This document shows positions 52,759 through 64,000 of a stretch of 64,000 nt of DNA, in pieces (positions within the stretch are counted from its first letter, which is position 1; the number at the start of each line of letters is the position of its first letter). The notes beneath the pieces are model-generated. The model was not told where the DNA came from. It ran no database searches and was given only the letters and a program-made list of their open reading frames with translations. This stretch comes from Lama guanicoe. Its lineage: Eukaryota. The stretch is taken from positions 1,910,927 through 1,974,926 of the forward strand of contig MU053513.1 of the NCBI GenBank assembly GCA_013239625.1. Reading direction: 5' to 3'. A program made the position numbers and the translations under genes.

Positions 52759-52879
52759 TTTTTTTATATAAACTTTTTATTGAGTTACAGTCATTTAACA
52801 ATGTTAGGTCAAATTCCAGTGTAGAGCACAATTTTTAAGTTACACATGAACATACATACATTCATTCTCACATTCTCTG
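52759..52879 (-). mobile_element. Very short L1 3' fragment with TSD
   Basis: ttgagttacagtcatttaacaatgtt head; 15-bp TSD tagagtttgaatttt / tagaatttgaatttt (one mismatch). Confidence 0.75.
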
Positions 52880-52959
52880 TAGAATTTGAATTTTGAAACA
52901 GATTAAATGATGGTTCTCCACATGACTTAGGTTATCCTTTGTGGCTGTGCTGTCATTGA

Positions 52960-53190
52960 GGAGAGGCAGTCTGCACAGTCGTTCAAAGTGCGGGCCTTGG
53001 TACCAGGCAGCCTAGTTTATGGTCTTGGTTCTACCACAGTCTGGCTGCAACACCTTGAACAAGAAAGTCAGCCTCCCTGTGCCTCCATTTTTTCACCTCT
53101 AAATTAGAGGTGATAGTAACTACTTTATGGGATTGTTTTGAGGATTAAGTGACATTGACACCGACAAGCAGTCAGTCAGTATTAGATAAC
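52960..53190 (+). mobile_element. MIR
   Basis: caccttgaacaag...cctccctgtgcctccattttttcacctctaaa. Confidence 0.6.
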
Positions 53191-53625
53191 TGTTTTCAGA
53201 CAGTCATCACACTGGGGAAATTCTCATTTTACGTGATAGTTTTGTGTCTGGCTTCGGCTGACGTCATCCTCCTTGATCATCTGTAAGACAATCATGAGAG
53301 GAGCTCAGCATTTGAATGCCAAGAGTGTGGTAAACGTCGGAGGTGCAAATACAAGCTAGATAATGGCATGTGGTCCACTGTACTCCGTGTTAGGTATTCC
53401 GCCTACATTTCCTTACGTTGTTTTGTTTTTGTTTTTTAAGGCTAATTGTGCTTTTTAAAAATTCAGATAACATAGGAAAAGCAGCCACATAGGAGTATGC
53501 TGAAGGATAAAGGTACAATCCTTCTGATGAGGCAGATTTGCAGGAAGTAACGTTTATATTTGTGTATTTTTGATTCTTTTCATGATTGTCCACTGTCCCA
53601 ATTACAAATTTGTTTTCTCACTTAG

Positions 53626-53778
53626 TCTTCAACAAGCAGACGACAGCATCCCCTTAATAAGCATCTCTTTAAACCTTCCACTTTCATGACTTCCCATGAA
53701 CCACCAGTGTATATGGATGAAGACGATGACCGATCCTGTTTCCACGGCCACATGAACACTGCTGTCGAGGAGGCATCA
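53626..53778 (+). CDS. ZZZ3: ZZZ3 coding exon 8 ([12 protein letters not shown]...TAVEEAS)
   Basis: ttttctcacttag| acceptor, TCA|gtaagc donor, phase 0/0. Confidence 0.95.
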
Positions 53779-53924
53779 GTAAGCTCTCTGTTTATACATA
53801 CGTGTTAGGCAGAGCAGGGTGCAGAATGGGAGCACCAGGAGTTTCTGATTTTTCCTATTCTTCAGTGAATGTTGCTTTCTTTTCTTTTAATTAACAAGTC
53901 AAACTTGTTTTACAAGTGGATTTA

Positions 53925-55550
53925 AAAGTTTTTTTATAGAGAAACTTTGAGCTTATACAAAAATGAACCCATATGCAACCATTATCCAACTTCAGCAGTT
54001 ATTAATTTGGGGAATCTTGTGTTTATCTGTACTTCCTACCCACCCCAACTCTGTCCAGGATTATTTTGGAGCAAGTCCCAGACATTACACGGTATCATTA
54101 TCAAGTTTATTCAAAGAAAATTCTTTATATAATCCAATGTACGGTCAGTGCACATTTCCCCAGTCATAAATTGCAATAGATTTTCTCCTTCTCTCCCTTC
54201 CTCCCTCTCTGTTTTTCTCTCTCCTTTCTTAGCCTCTTAAATTTTTTTGTTGAAAAACTGGGCCATTTTTCCAGTAGAATAGCATGGTGAGTGTGGATTT
54301 TGTTGTTTGCATCTCCTTGGTGTTGCTTTATCTGTTCCTCTGTTCCCTGAATCTCCTGCAAATTGATTCGATTCAGTTTTATTATTTTTTCTGTTAGGAT
54401 GGGCAGGACTACTTTGATCAGTCTGGTAGTGTCTTTTTTTGACACAGGAGCCATTGACTGTTTCTTAGATCCATTGATTCATCAGATGTTACAAAATAGT
54501 GATTTTTGTTCCTCATTTATTTTATAGAATATCCTATAAAGTCCCCCCATATCAACTGTTTGATTAACCTAAGTACATTTAGAAAAGACAACGTAACTGC
54601 TTGATTCCTCCCTTTATCTGTTCTTTCTACGTGTGTTTGTGTCTCTGTTTTGCTTTGTTTGTTCGTTTATTTATATATTTTTAAATATTCAACATATGTG
54701 TGAAGTCATGGTATTTGTCTTTCTCAGTCTCTCCGTCTGACTCACATCACTTAGCATAATTCCCTCATGGCCCATCCTTGTTGCAAATGGCAAGATTTTA
54801 TCTTTTTTATGGCTAAGTATGATGGAATTTTTATTTTTAATTGTAGTAAGTGCCCAAACATAAAATTTTAAGTGCCCACTTCAATGGTGTTTAAATACAT
54901 TTACGTTATTGAGCTACCAGTCTTCAGAATTCTTCACTTGCAGAACTGAAACTCTACGACCAGTAAGCATCATTTCCCCACTCCTCCTTCCAGCCCCTGG
55001 CAGCTGCCATTCCACATTCTGTCTTTTCTTGAATACTCTGGAAACCTCATATAGGTAGAATCATTCAGATTTTGTTCTTTTGTGGCTGATTTATATCACT
55101 TAGCATAATATGATTGCATGCATATACCTCCCAGGCAAAGTTCATCTTGTAACCTGTCGCAGTCTCCTTCTATTTTAAGGCCAAATAGTATTTCATTGTG
55201 TCTGTATGTCACACTTTATGTATCCATTCTTCTGTCGGTGAACACTTGGGTTGCTTCTGCCTTTTTGTCTACTGTGACTAATGCTGCTGTAAACATGGAT
55301 TTACAAATATCTTTCTGAGGCCCTGCTCTCAGTTCTTTTGGGTATATACCCAGAAGTGGAATTGCTGGATCATGTGGTAATTCTGTGTTTCAGTTTTTGA
55401 GCAACCACAGTACTGTTTTCCATAATTCCTACATTTTACATTCTCATCAACAGTATATAAAAGATTCAGTTTCTCTACATGCTTTCCAACACTGTTATTT
55501 TCTGTTTTTTTCCCTTTTGATAGTAGCCATCTGACTGAGTGTGAAGTGTT
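53925..55550 (-). mobile_element. Cluster of old L1 3' fragments (L1MC- and L1MA/MB-like)
   Basis: tcttttgggtatatacccagaagtggaattgctggatcatgtggtaattct...tactgttttccata; tcacttagcataat motifs. Confidence 0.8.
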
Positions 55551-57060
55551 TTAACTTTTCTTAATCTTAGTTGTGTTGACTATAAATTTAATAATATCCT
55601 TAGACTTAAAATGCAGATTAAAAAATTTAGCAGAGTTTGTACTCTTTGTATTTGCCTAAAATATTAAACTTAATAAATTTTATTATACAGCATTTTTACA
55701 ACATTTAATTATTTTAGTCACATCATATTTATTAGTGTAATATTTATGACACTACTTAGATTGGCTTTCTCAGTGGTAACAGTGGGAAGGCGGTAACTGT
55801 AAGATGTTTAGATGACAAGAATCTGAAATGGATGAAAGACAGTGGGAGATAAAGTAGTAAAGTGTGAAATTGTGAAGAATCTTTATCTAGTCGAGGACTT
55901 TGGACTTGACAGTGTAGACAGTCAGGAAGCCATTTTTAGCAATGGTGGGGATAGAGGAGAAAATGGATGCCATAGAGCACTGACTTGAGAGAGATTTTAG
56001 AAAGTATTAAGTCCTGACAATTTGTTGTATTAGATATAAGACTGAAAAATTAAGGATAACACTTACATTTAGGCCTTGGGCTCCTAAGTGTGTAAGGAGT
56101 TAGTTAATAGACAAATCTGGGTTCACATCGCTTGACTCTGCAACTAATTAACTATGTGACCTTGGGCAGATGTTTAATTTCTATAAATGTCAGTTTCCTT
56201 GGTATAAAATAAACACAGTAGTTAACGATACCTAACATGGAGAGCAGGAAGAATGGGAGGCGCAGGGGTTGTCTGGTCCGGGATTGGGAGCTGGTGGAAC
56301 GCGAGGTCAATGAGTTGGGGATGCTTTTAGGAGGGTTGTGGAAACTAGTGACCACGGGGTCAGTCATGAGGTAGCAAAGGAAAGAAGTGGATCCTGGGTA
56401 GCATAGCGCAGATAAATTGGGAGAATAGGAAGCAGTTAGTGAGTGATTCATCTGTCAACTTCAACTTCATTTATTTGTATAGTTTTTACTGTTCTTTCCT
56501 TTACATTCTATTCTAAATTATCATCTTTGTAACTTAAATTCATCCATTTGAGTAAGATAGGAATGTACTGCCTTGATCATTGGGAGTACTGAGCAGAAAG
56601 CAGAACAGAGATTGTTTTGCTTGTTGTTAAGGAAATGTCGTATTTACCTGAGGAAGCATAAAAAAACCTGCTAGATTGGAGAAGAGGAGCTTCCTGCAGA
56701 TCAGGAAGATTATAAGGAGTCTTTCAAGTAGCCGTGAACTTGTTCCGATGGGGTTGAGTCTGCATTAGTTTATGACAGAAGTGTGAGCCATGCCTTGTTC
56801 TCCTGGTACTTGCATTATGAAGTTGCCTAGTACGGTTCAGTCTTACTGTTGCATTAAGAAGCCCTCAAAAAGTATTAATCCAGTATTAGTATTGCTGATA
56901 GCAGAGCTGATTTTCTCTGAGCCCTAAAAGGTGAAGGTACCTTAAGTGTGAAAAATAATCTTGTCAAACAGAAAAATATTCTTTATCGGAATTTCTTATA
57001 CCTAGTTCATTTTAATTATCAAACTAACATTTTTGTGTTGTGTTTTGCTCTGTTCAATAG

Positions 57061-57195
57061 GATGAAGAAAGTATTCCTATTATGTATAGGAATTTACCTG
57101 AATATAAGGAACTATTACAGTTTAAAAAGTTAAAGAAACAGAAACTTCAGCAAATGCAAGCTGAAAGTGGATTTGTGCAACATGTGGGCTTCAAG
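57061..57195 (+). CDS. ZZZ3: ZZZ3 coding exon 9 ([12 protein letters not shown]...VQHVGFK)
   Basis: ttcaatag| acceptor, AAG|gtaatt donor, phase 0/0. Confidence 0.96.
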
Positions 57196-57494
57196 GTAAT
57201 TCTACCTAATTTTTCTATTCATTTAACTTTTGAAAGGGTGATAAGACACTTAAGGTGTTTCAGAGCTTTAAACTCCACAACTTCCAAGCCTACAGGTTAA
57301 AGTCAGTAAGTTTAGCTCTTGTCCTGTTCGTTTTTGCAAGGTAGCGTGCCACAGTTACTGATGTCCAGTGGTTTATGATTCAGTAGAGAGAAGACAGTCT
57401 TCTGTATACAGAGTATACAGGTACCCTTTGAGGTGAAATATGGGATGAGAAGTTTGTCTTTAGCTCTTCTCCCCCCCCACCTCCCACCCCCAAC

Positions 57495-58050
57495 TTAACT
57501 GAAGTATAACTGGCAAATAAAAATTGTATATATTTAAGGTATATAAAAATTTAAGGTATAACTAATTCAGTTTTCTTTTGTTGTTGTTCTTTGTTTTTTC
57601 TTGAGGTGAGAGTACTTAGCATCTGCTCTAGTAGCAGATTTCAAGTATGCAGTGCAGTATTAACTGTAATTCCCAAGCTGTACGTTAGATCTTCAGAACT
57701 TGGTCATCTTATAACTGAAAGTTTGTACCCTTTGACCAGCATTCCCCCCTCTCTCTGGGCAACCACCATCCTGACTCTCTACTTCTATGAATTTGACTTT
57801 TTTAGATTCCATATTTGAGTGTCATCTTATAACATTTGTCTTTGTGTCTGGCTTATTTCATTTAGCATAATGTCCCCTAGGTTCCATCTATTGTTGTCAC
57901 AAGTAGCAAGATTTCTTTCTGTTTTATGTCTGAATAATATTCCAGTGTGGTGAGTTTTATGTGTGTGTGCGTGTATGTGTATCTCTCTCTCTCTCTCCCT
58001 CTCTCTCTCTCTCTCTCACAGTTTCTTCATCCATTTGTCCATAGAACTAT
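57495..58050 (-). mobile_element. L1MA-type 3' end containing a (GT)n/(CT)n microsatellite (~57959-58017)
   Basis: actgaagtataactggcaaataaaaattgtatatatttaagg...ggcttatttcatttagcataatgtcc. Confidence 0.8.
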
Positions 58051-58144
58051 TTATTTCCTTGTTGCTGTTGTTCATGGATCAGAAATTTCGTTCCCCTCTT
58101 AGATTCTGTTATCTCTGCTGTTTTTTCAGAAGCTAGTAGAAATA

Positions 58145-58800
58145 CATTTATTCATTCTGCAAACTGTTGAAACGCCCCTTGTGTTCCGGGCGCTTTGCTA
58201 GGTGCTAGGGACTCAGCAGTGAACGAGACGGGCTCACCGACTCTGTTTTCATCTCATAAGGAACGTAGAGAAGTTAAGTATGTAAAATGGTCGTGTATGG
58301 CTAGTGTTCATACTGGAGAGTAGTGAGAGGCTATTCTTCATTGCCTTGGAAATTTTGCTAAAGAGTTTAAACTCTTTTAAAAAATGTTGGAGAACCACTG
58401 ACAGATTTTAAGCAGAGAGTAACATGAAATTTGCATTTTGGAAAGATTATTCTAATTTCTTTAACTACACAACCCTTAGGAAGAAGGCAGTGGGTTTTAG
58501 GGTGGATAACTCTTAATCTCTGACTCCTTTATTGTTATATTTTTTTAAATAATAACTTACTGATATATTTTTTTTAAATGTGATTTGAGAAAAATTAAGT
58601 GAAGGGGGGAAAAGATCACTCTGGCCTTAGTATGGAAAGTGGATAGGAAGAAAGCAAGGCTGGAAGCAGGGAGACTGGCTAGAGACTTTTTTTGGTTAAT
58701 TTAGATAAAAGATAATAACCTCCTAAACTTGACTGGTGGCTGTGGAAATAGAGATTGACAGGTTTGAGAAGCCCTTAGGCATGAGAATTGGCTGTACTGA
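58145..58800 (-). mobile_element. L2 fragments
   Basis: ttcattc...gctttgctaggtgctagggactcagcagtgaacgagac; gaaagatcactctggc...ggctggaagcagggagac. Confidence 0.6.
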
Positions 58801-59759
58801 ATGAGATTGCAGGAAGTAAAATTGAGACCATGAACTACAGATTTGCTGGTGGTGGTATACATAAAAATACTGATGTGTGCTGTGACCTGATAAACTGAAA
58901 TTTAAACGAAATTCTTATACCTCTGATCCTCTGGAGTGGCCATTAGCCAGACTATATTAAACGATTTTTTTCTCTTGATCGTCTCTGCTTCTCCATTAAA
59001 GAGTTTCCTAGTTGACAGCTCTGTCTTTTCAAGAGGAAACTGTCCACGTCTCATAATTTTGTTGCAAGACCCAGCTGTGGCTTGTTTGCCAGTCTGTCAG
59101 CCACTCTAGTTGGCCTAATGATCAAAGAAACTAGAAATGAGAATTACTTTGATTTCCAAGATTGCACAGACACAGAGGGCTACCACAATGCCACAGCACC
59201 GAGAAAGAGCTAAATCTGCCTTTTCTTCATGGTGGGCATTGGTTGTTAGGAACCTTTAAGGCTTTGGAGAGTAATTCAGTAAGGTGAAAGTTCAGAAAAG
59301 ATTTTATATTCACTTGGGTGTGTGTTAGCTGTGATAGCCTGTTTTAAATAGTTCTGTAACGTATTTCGGTAGTTCTAACTATGGTATTAAGTCAGTGGTT
59401 CTCAGTCACAGTCATTGTACACTGGTGCGAGGTGCCTTTCAAGTAAATAGCTACTGATAATCAAATGCTCAAGTTTGAAAATTGTTTACTTAAGATTCAA
59501 AAAAAAAGCATATTGAATGTTATGCATTATGGTATTTCTCTTGCCCCTCTGTATTGTAGCTCAATCTTGAATGGATAGAATTTCAGCTAGTCTGCTAGAG
59601 ATCATATCTAACCTACAACCATTTTTGTGTTACACCACTATCTCGTGCCTGGGGAAAGAGGAGAGGGTGTCTCTGGGCACAATATGTGTTGCCCAGCGGG
59701 AAATAAACAAGTTTGGTAGCAAAAGAGCGTAACACGTTTTCTCTCTGAACCTTTAATAG

Positions 59760-59860
59760 TGTGATAGCTGTGGCATAGAACCTATCCAGGGTGTTCGGTG
59801 GCACTGCCAGGATTGCCCCCCAGAAATGTCTTTGGATTTCTGTGATTCTTGTTCAGATTG
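59760..59860 (+). CDS. ZZZ3: ZZZ3 coding exon 10, ZZ zinc finger ([33 protein letters not shown])
   Basis: ctttaatag| acceptor, TG|gtaagt donor; three CxxC pairs typical of the ZZ domain. Confidence 0.97.
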
Positions 59861-60131
59861 GTAAGTGTTTTCTGCACTGTAAGTCTTTTTTTTTTCCCTT
59901 TAATTTTGATAAGAGCTTTTCAGTCACTAGTGAATTTGATTTCTAAACTTTAGAAAATCACCACACTTAGTGGGATTAAACTTTGCTGTTGTAGAAAGTT
60001 AAGATTTTCCTTAATCATACCATGTCTCAAGTGATTTTCCATTAGAGATTTTGAGGAAGTTTCATAGTATCTAGACCAGAGTGCATCCAGTGCCATGTAA
60101 TGATGTGTTTGTCTTTGTGTTTTCTTTGCAG

Positions 60132-60276
60132 CCTCCATGAGACAGATATTCACAAGGAAGATCACCAACTAGAACCTGTGTATAGGTCAGAGACGTTCCT
60201 AGACAGAGACTACTGTGTGTCCCAGGGCACCAGTTATAATTACCTTGACCCAAACTACTTTCCAGCAAACAGATGA
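60132..60276 (+). CDS. ZZZ3: ZZZ3 last coding exon ((C)[11 protein letters not shown]...YFPANR*)
   Basis: tttctttgcag| acceptor; HxxxH completes the ZZ finger; TGA at 60274-60276. Confidence 0.97.
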
Positions 60277-61420
60277 CATGGACGAGAACACCATATACTA
60301 GTCCTCTTCAACACATAGCAATGGTATCACTGTGAATTATGTGCACAGTTTGGAAAGGTTCTCTGCTTTCCCTGAAACGACACTCACGGCATGACAGCTT
60401 CCTGAGTGTTCTCGTCAAGTCCAGCTCCGCACCGTTGTGGCTCTAGATCACTGTTCAGCAGCTGAACATTCCTGGTGAGGAAGGGGTTTCCCTGGTGAGT
60501 TTCTCACCGCCACCTCTGAAGCCTTTTAGGTGGCGATCTTAAATGGGTGAGATGGAAACGAGAGCACACATTGAAGAGAGAGTAAGTTCCAAAGGTTTCA
60601 GAGAACTTGGTCGTAAATATGCTAACGAGAAGACAAAGTATTTATATTCAAACACTTTAGTAGCTTTCAGTTTTGTGAAAATAGCTTTCAGCACAGAAGC
60701 TGACTTCTTTAGACGACGTTTTAACCAATGGTGGTGTTTGCTTCTAGGACATGCACACTTTAAAGGAATTCACTGTCCAGTGGTGGCCACTGGTGGCCTT
60801 CAGTAAATTGGAGCTGCTTGACCATATTGATGTCTAATTTCTTTTAACCACAGTGAACTGTCCGTATTACCAACAGCGAAGCACTACAGGAGGCAGCTGT
60901 GTGGCATTGCTTCCTTAACCAGCTCATGGTGTGTGAATGTTACAAAGTTGTCACTCAGATATATTTTTTAAATGTGATGTTATATAAGATGATCATGTGA
61001 TGTGTACAAACTACGGTGAAAGTGCCAGTGGTGGTAACTGTGTAAAGTCTCTAATTCAAAACATTAATTCCTTTAAAATACACAGCCTTCTGCCTCTGTA
61101 TTTGGAGTTGTCAGTGCAACTCATCGAAGAAAACTGCCTAATATAAAAATCATATATATGGTAATAATTTCCCTCTTTTGTAGTCTGCACAAGATCCATA
61201 AAAGATTGTATTTTTATTACTATTTAAACAAGTGATTAAATTTAGTCTGTGCAGTGAGCAAGAGTTCACATGCATTCTTTTATACTGCTGGATTTTGTTG
61301 TGCATCATTTAAAACATTTTGTATGTTTCTTCTTATCTGTGTATACAGTATGTTCTTGAATAATGTTCATTTGTCAGGAGAACTGTGAGAAATAAACTAT
61401 GTGGATACTGTCTGTTTATA
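60277..61420 (+). other. ZZZ3: ZZZ3 3'UTR to the proximal poly(A) site (end approximate)
   Basis: Repeat-free sequence after the stop codon, increasingly AU-rich, ending near AATAAA. Confidence 0.75.
61391..61396 (+). terminator. Polyadenylation signal AATAAA
   Basis: Canonical hexamer with upstream TGTA motifs and downstream GT/T-rich sequence (cttgttgtgacttcctttgttt). Confidence 0.75.
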
Positions 61421-62794
61421 TTATAGAATGCTTGTTGTGACTTCCTTTGTTTAGATTTTGGATTTTTTTTTCACTATTGTTAAAGCCAAAAAAACATTTT
61501 TTTTAAAGGGTTTGTTTTACCTGTCTGTCCTTTAAAAAGAGTAAGGACTATATGATGGAAAAGATAATGAACTTTAGAAGCTCTGTAAAAGATGGTAATG
61601 TTTTCACTTAGTATGTTTGCTGAAACACTAAATTAAACTAGGTTACAAAAAAAAGAAAAAAGAAAAACCTCCACATACCATGGTTAAAGAAAAAGGCAAT
61701 TATTAATGTCCGAATGTAAAAACTAAACATAAGTTGAAAATTTTTACTCTCATTCCCACATATTTAATTTAAACAAGGGGTTTTTGAAAAATCACAGTAT
61801 TCACTGGAAATTGTATTGACTAATGGAAAAGACAGTATAAATATTCTAAGAGTGACTAGTATACTGACCCAATTTTTAGAGTCTCCTGTTTTTTTCCAAC
61901 TTTAAATCAAATGAACATTATTTACCAGTTCTCTTCAGTACATTGTAGGGAACTAAAATCACCCTGAATTTTTTAAATTGAGAATAGTGTAATCTTAACT
62001 GTTAGAAAAATGAGAATTTTAAAGTAATGTATTTGTTTAAAGATTACTGATGATTTTGATAAAATGTATCACATCAGGGAGAAAAGGAAGTCTTGCGTTA
62101 GACTTCTCATCCTAGAATTACTAGTTGGGAGGAAGAAGAGGGGAACCATGAATATTCAGACTATGCCAGAAGGTCTACCTTCAACTTGTAGTTAAGATAG
62201 TAGCAATTTGATGGTAACTTCTGTAAACTTCTGTGTTTGCCTAGAAATAATACAAAGTCCGTCTTGGAGGACCATTCAGATCCATTCAAACATCCCATGA
62301 AGTACGAAGTATGCTTTGAAAGAGTGATACAATTGTTGTAAAAATAGAATAGACATACTAAATCCACTTAAATGTATTTTTTAAGGGCAAAGAGTTTGAG
62401 AATTTTGAATGGCAAAGAGGATTATTTTCTGTTTGGGCAGAGATGTGTTTATTTTGCATTTTTCAGCTCCAAACAAATAGAGCTCATGCTCTAAAAGGGT
62501 AGTAGTCTTGGAAATATGTGGTGGTGTTTTGATTGGAGGTCTGCAGGAATGCACAGGGCTGTCATTTGCAAGTGGGCCCTCCATCCCCTACACAGAGGCG
62601 TTGGCTGTGAAAGACGACGTAGACCTACTGTTAAAGCATCACGTATCTCGTAGTACTCATTGCGTCCGTTGTACTTGCTGAAATACTATGCTCAAGTTAT
62701 TTGGTAGGAACTGAAGGAACTTTTAATAACATCTAAAATCACTGCTTTAAGGTTTAGATTTTGGGGGGTGTGGTTGGTGTGATGTGCAGTAAGA

Positions 62795-63020
62795 ATAATA
62801 GCAAACACTTACAGAGCGCTTGCGATGAGCCAAGCGAGCGTATAGTAGTAACGGATTTAATTCTCATAACCTTATGAGGCAGGTTCATCTACTATCCTGT
62901 TTTCATGTGAGAGAATCTAGCCAGAGAGGTTAAATAACTTGCTCAGGGGCACATAGTAGAGTGGTGCTGCCTGGATTTTAACCTGAACAGATTGCCCCAG
63001 AGCCAGGACCTGCCTAACTT
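62795..63020 (-). mobile_element. MIR
   Basis: aataatagcaaacacttacagagcgctt...agagaggttaaataacttgctcaggggcaca. Confidence 0.75.
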
Positions 63021-64000
63021 CCCTGTTCCCCGAGCAAGAATATTCCTTTGGTGTCAGGGTCGCTGAGGTGTGCAGGAAGTGTTGCTTTTCAGTCCCTTTT
63101 TCTAGAGTGGTATTCATCCTAGACACGTGCAGTTTTGTGGCTCAGAACAGAGACGTATACCTGTGCGTGCGGGGAAGGCGCGGAAATGGCCCGCCCCACG
63201 TGAATTAGGAAAACACACAGAAGCTGTAATTTACATCTTCTAATCTGACAGCAAACGTGGTTGTGGGGCTTTAGGCAAAGCTGGGGGCTAAGGTGCGGGT
63301 CTCCTGCCCCAGGCAGGATTTGTTTCCGTGCATGTTTGTTGATTCTCACTTAACCTAATCGTATGCCTTGTCCATTTTTCTCCGCCTTTCCCTTTTGTTT
63401 AAATTAAATTGCAGAACACAACAATTTACTGAGGTATGCGGAACATTTTTTAATGACATGGAGAAAATAGTATATGGCATGTAGTAAGATAAATACTTCG
63501 TGAAGTTTCTTTTTTAGTTACACATATAAGAGCAGCATGCTGTATAAACTGTATTTCTTACTGTGGGTAACAAAGTCCGAAGGCCATTGTTCTGGGTACG
63601 CTGGATGGAATGGAATGTCTCCAGGTAACAAGTAGGTTTTTCTACAAGGTTATGGAGATACTGTCCTTTTTAGACTCTAAAGTGTTTTTTAAATTTCATA
63701 TCTTGATGAAAAATGTGCTCCTGTTTATATGATCCCAGAAAAAAAAATCCCCCCCAACAGTTCAAGTGACTGATTAAATGAATTTTTGAGCGTGGTGTCA
63801 TTTAGCTCCATGAGGATGGAGACCATCCATGTTGATCTGTATCCCTAGGATCTGGCTCTTAATAGATTCTCAATAAATATTTACTGGTAGTAGGCCCAGT
63901 GTTTTGGTGAGTTACATTTTTTCCTCCAGGAAGTTAGAGAAACCACCTGTGTCTAAGTGTGTCTCTGAATGCGTCTGTGGGACCCTTAGAGGCTTTGCCT

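Larger units (their letters stand above)
4609..61420 (+). other. ZZZ3: ZZZ3 gene span visible in window (promoter and first exon absent)
   Basis: Manual splicing of 11 GT-AG coding exons (1505+139+148+116+72+102+96+153+135+101+145 = 2712 nt) gives an uninterrupted 903-aa protein [12 protein letters not shown]...[11 protein letters not shown] with SANT/Myb and ZZ domains, recognised as ZZZ3. Confidence 0.97.

Noticed and set aside
12838..59759. Intronic snoRNA, miRNA or retrocopy
   Set aside because: No convincing C/D or H/ACA architecture, long hairpin or processed pseudogene recognised by eye; an Rfam or BLAST scan is needed to exclude them fully
745..63349. Remaining 60-120 aa ORFs in the six-frame track
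   Set aside because: Short, compositionally biased, often with non-ATG starts or inside repeats; expected by chance in intronic DNA
63872..63877. AATAAA as a distal ZZZ3 poly(A) signal
   Set aside because: Lies within an L2 3'-end motif (ctcaataaatattt); no independent support from sequence alone

Overview
AT-rich mammalian genomic DNA, most likely a camelid (alpaca, vicuna or camel), inferred from four Vic-1-type tRNA-derived SINEs. The window holds nearly the whole ZZZ3 gene (ZZ-type zinc finger protein 3, an ATAC acetyltransferase complex subunit) on the + strand. I find two probable 5'UTR exons (4609-4741, 6243-6396) and 11 coding exons (11333-60276), all with GT-AG introns, splicing to an intact 2712-nt CDS (903 aa). 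The protein has a long disordered N-half, a helical segment, a SANT/Myb domain and a C-terminal ZZ finger. The 3'UTR has AATAAA at 61391; the promoter and first exon lie upstream of the window. The rest is intronic repeat sequence (L1, L2, MIR, MER5/MER58, a Tigger1 derivative, an LTR33-like element, microsatellites); repeat boundaries and subfamilies were judged by eye and are approximate. I see no evidence of a new multi-gene system. The best leads are regulatory: a uORF-dense leader, a hairpin-embedded candidate intronic poly(A) site, inverted SINEs flanking an in-frame 534-nt exon block, a NAGNAG acceptor and a CpG burst in the large exon.
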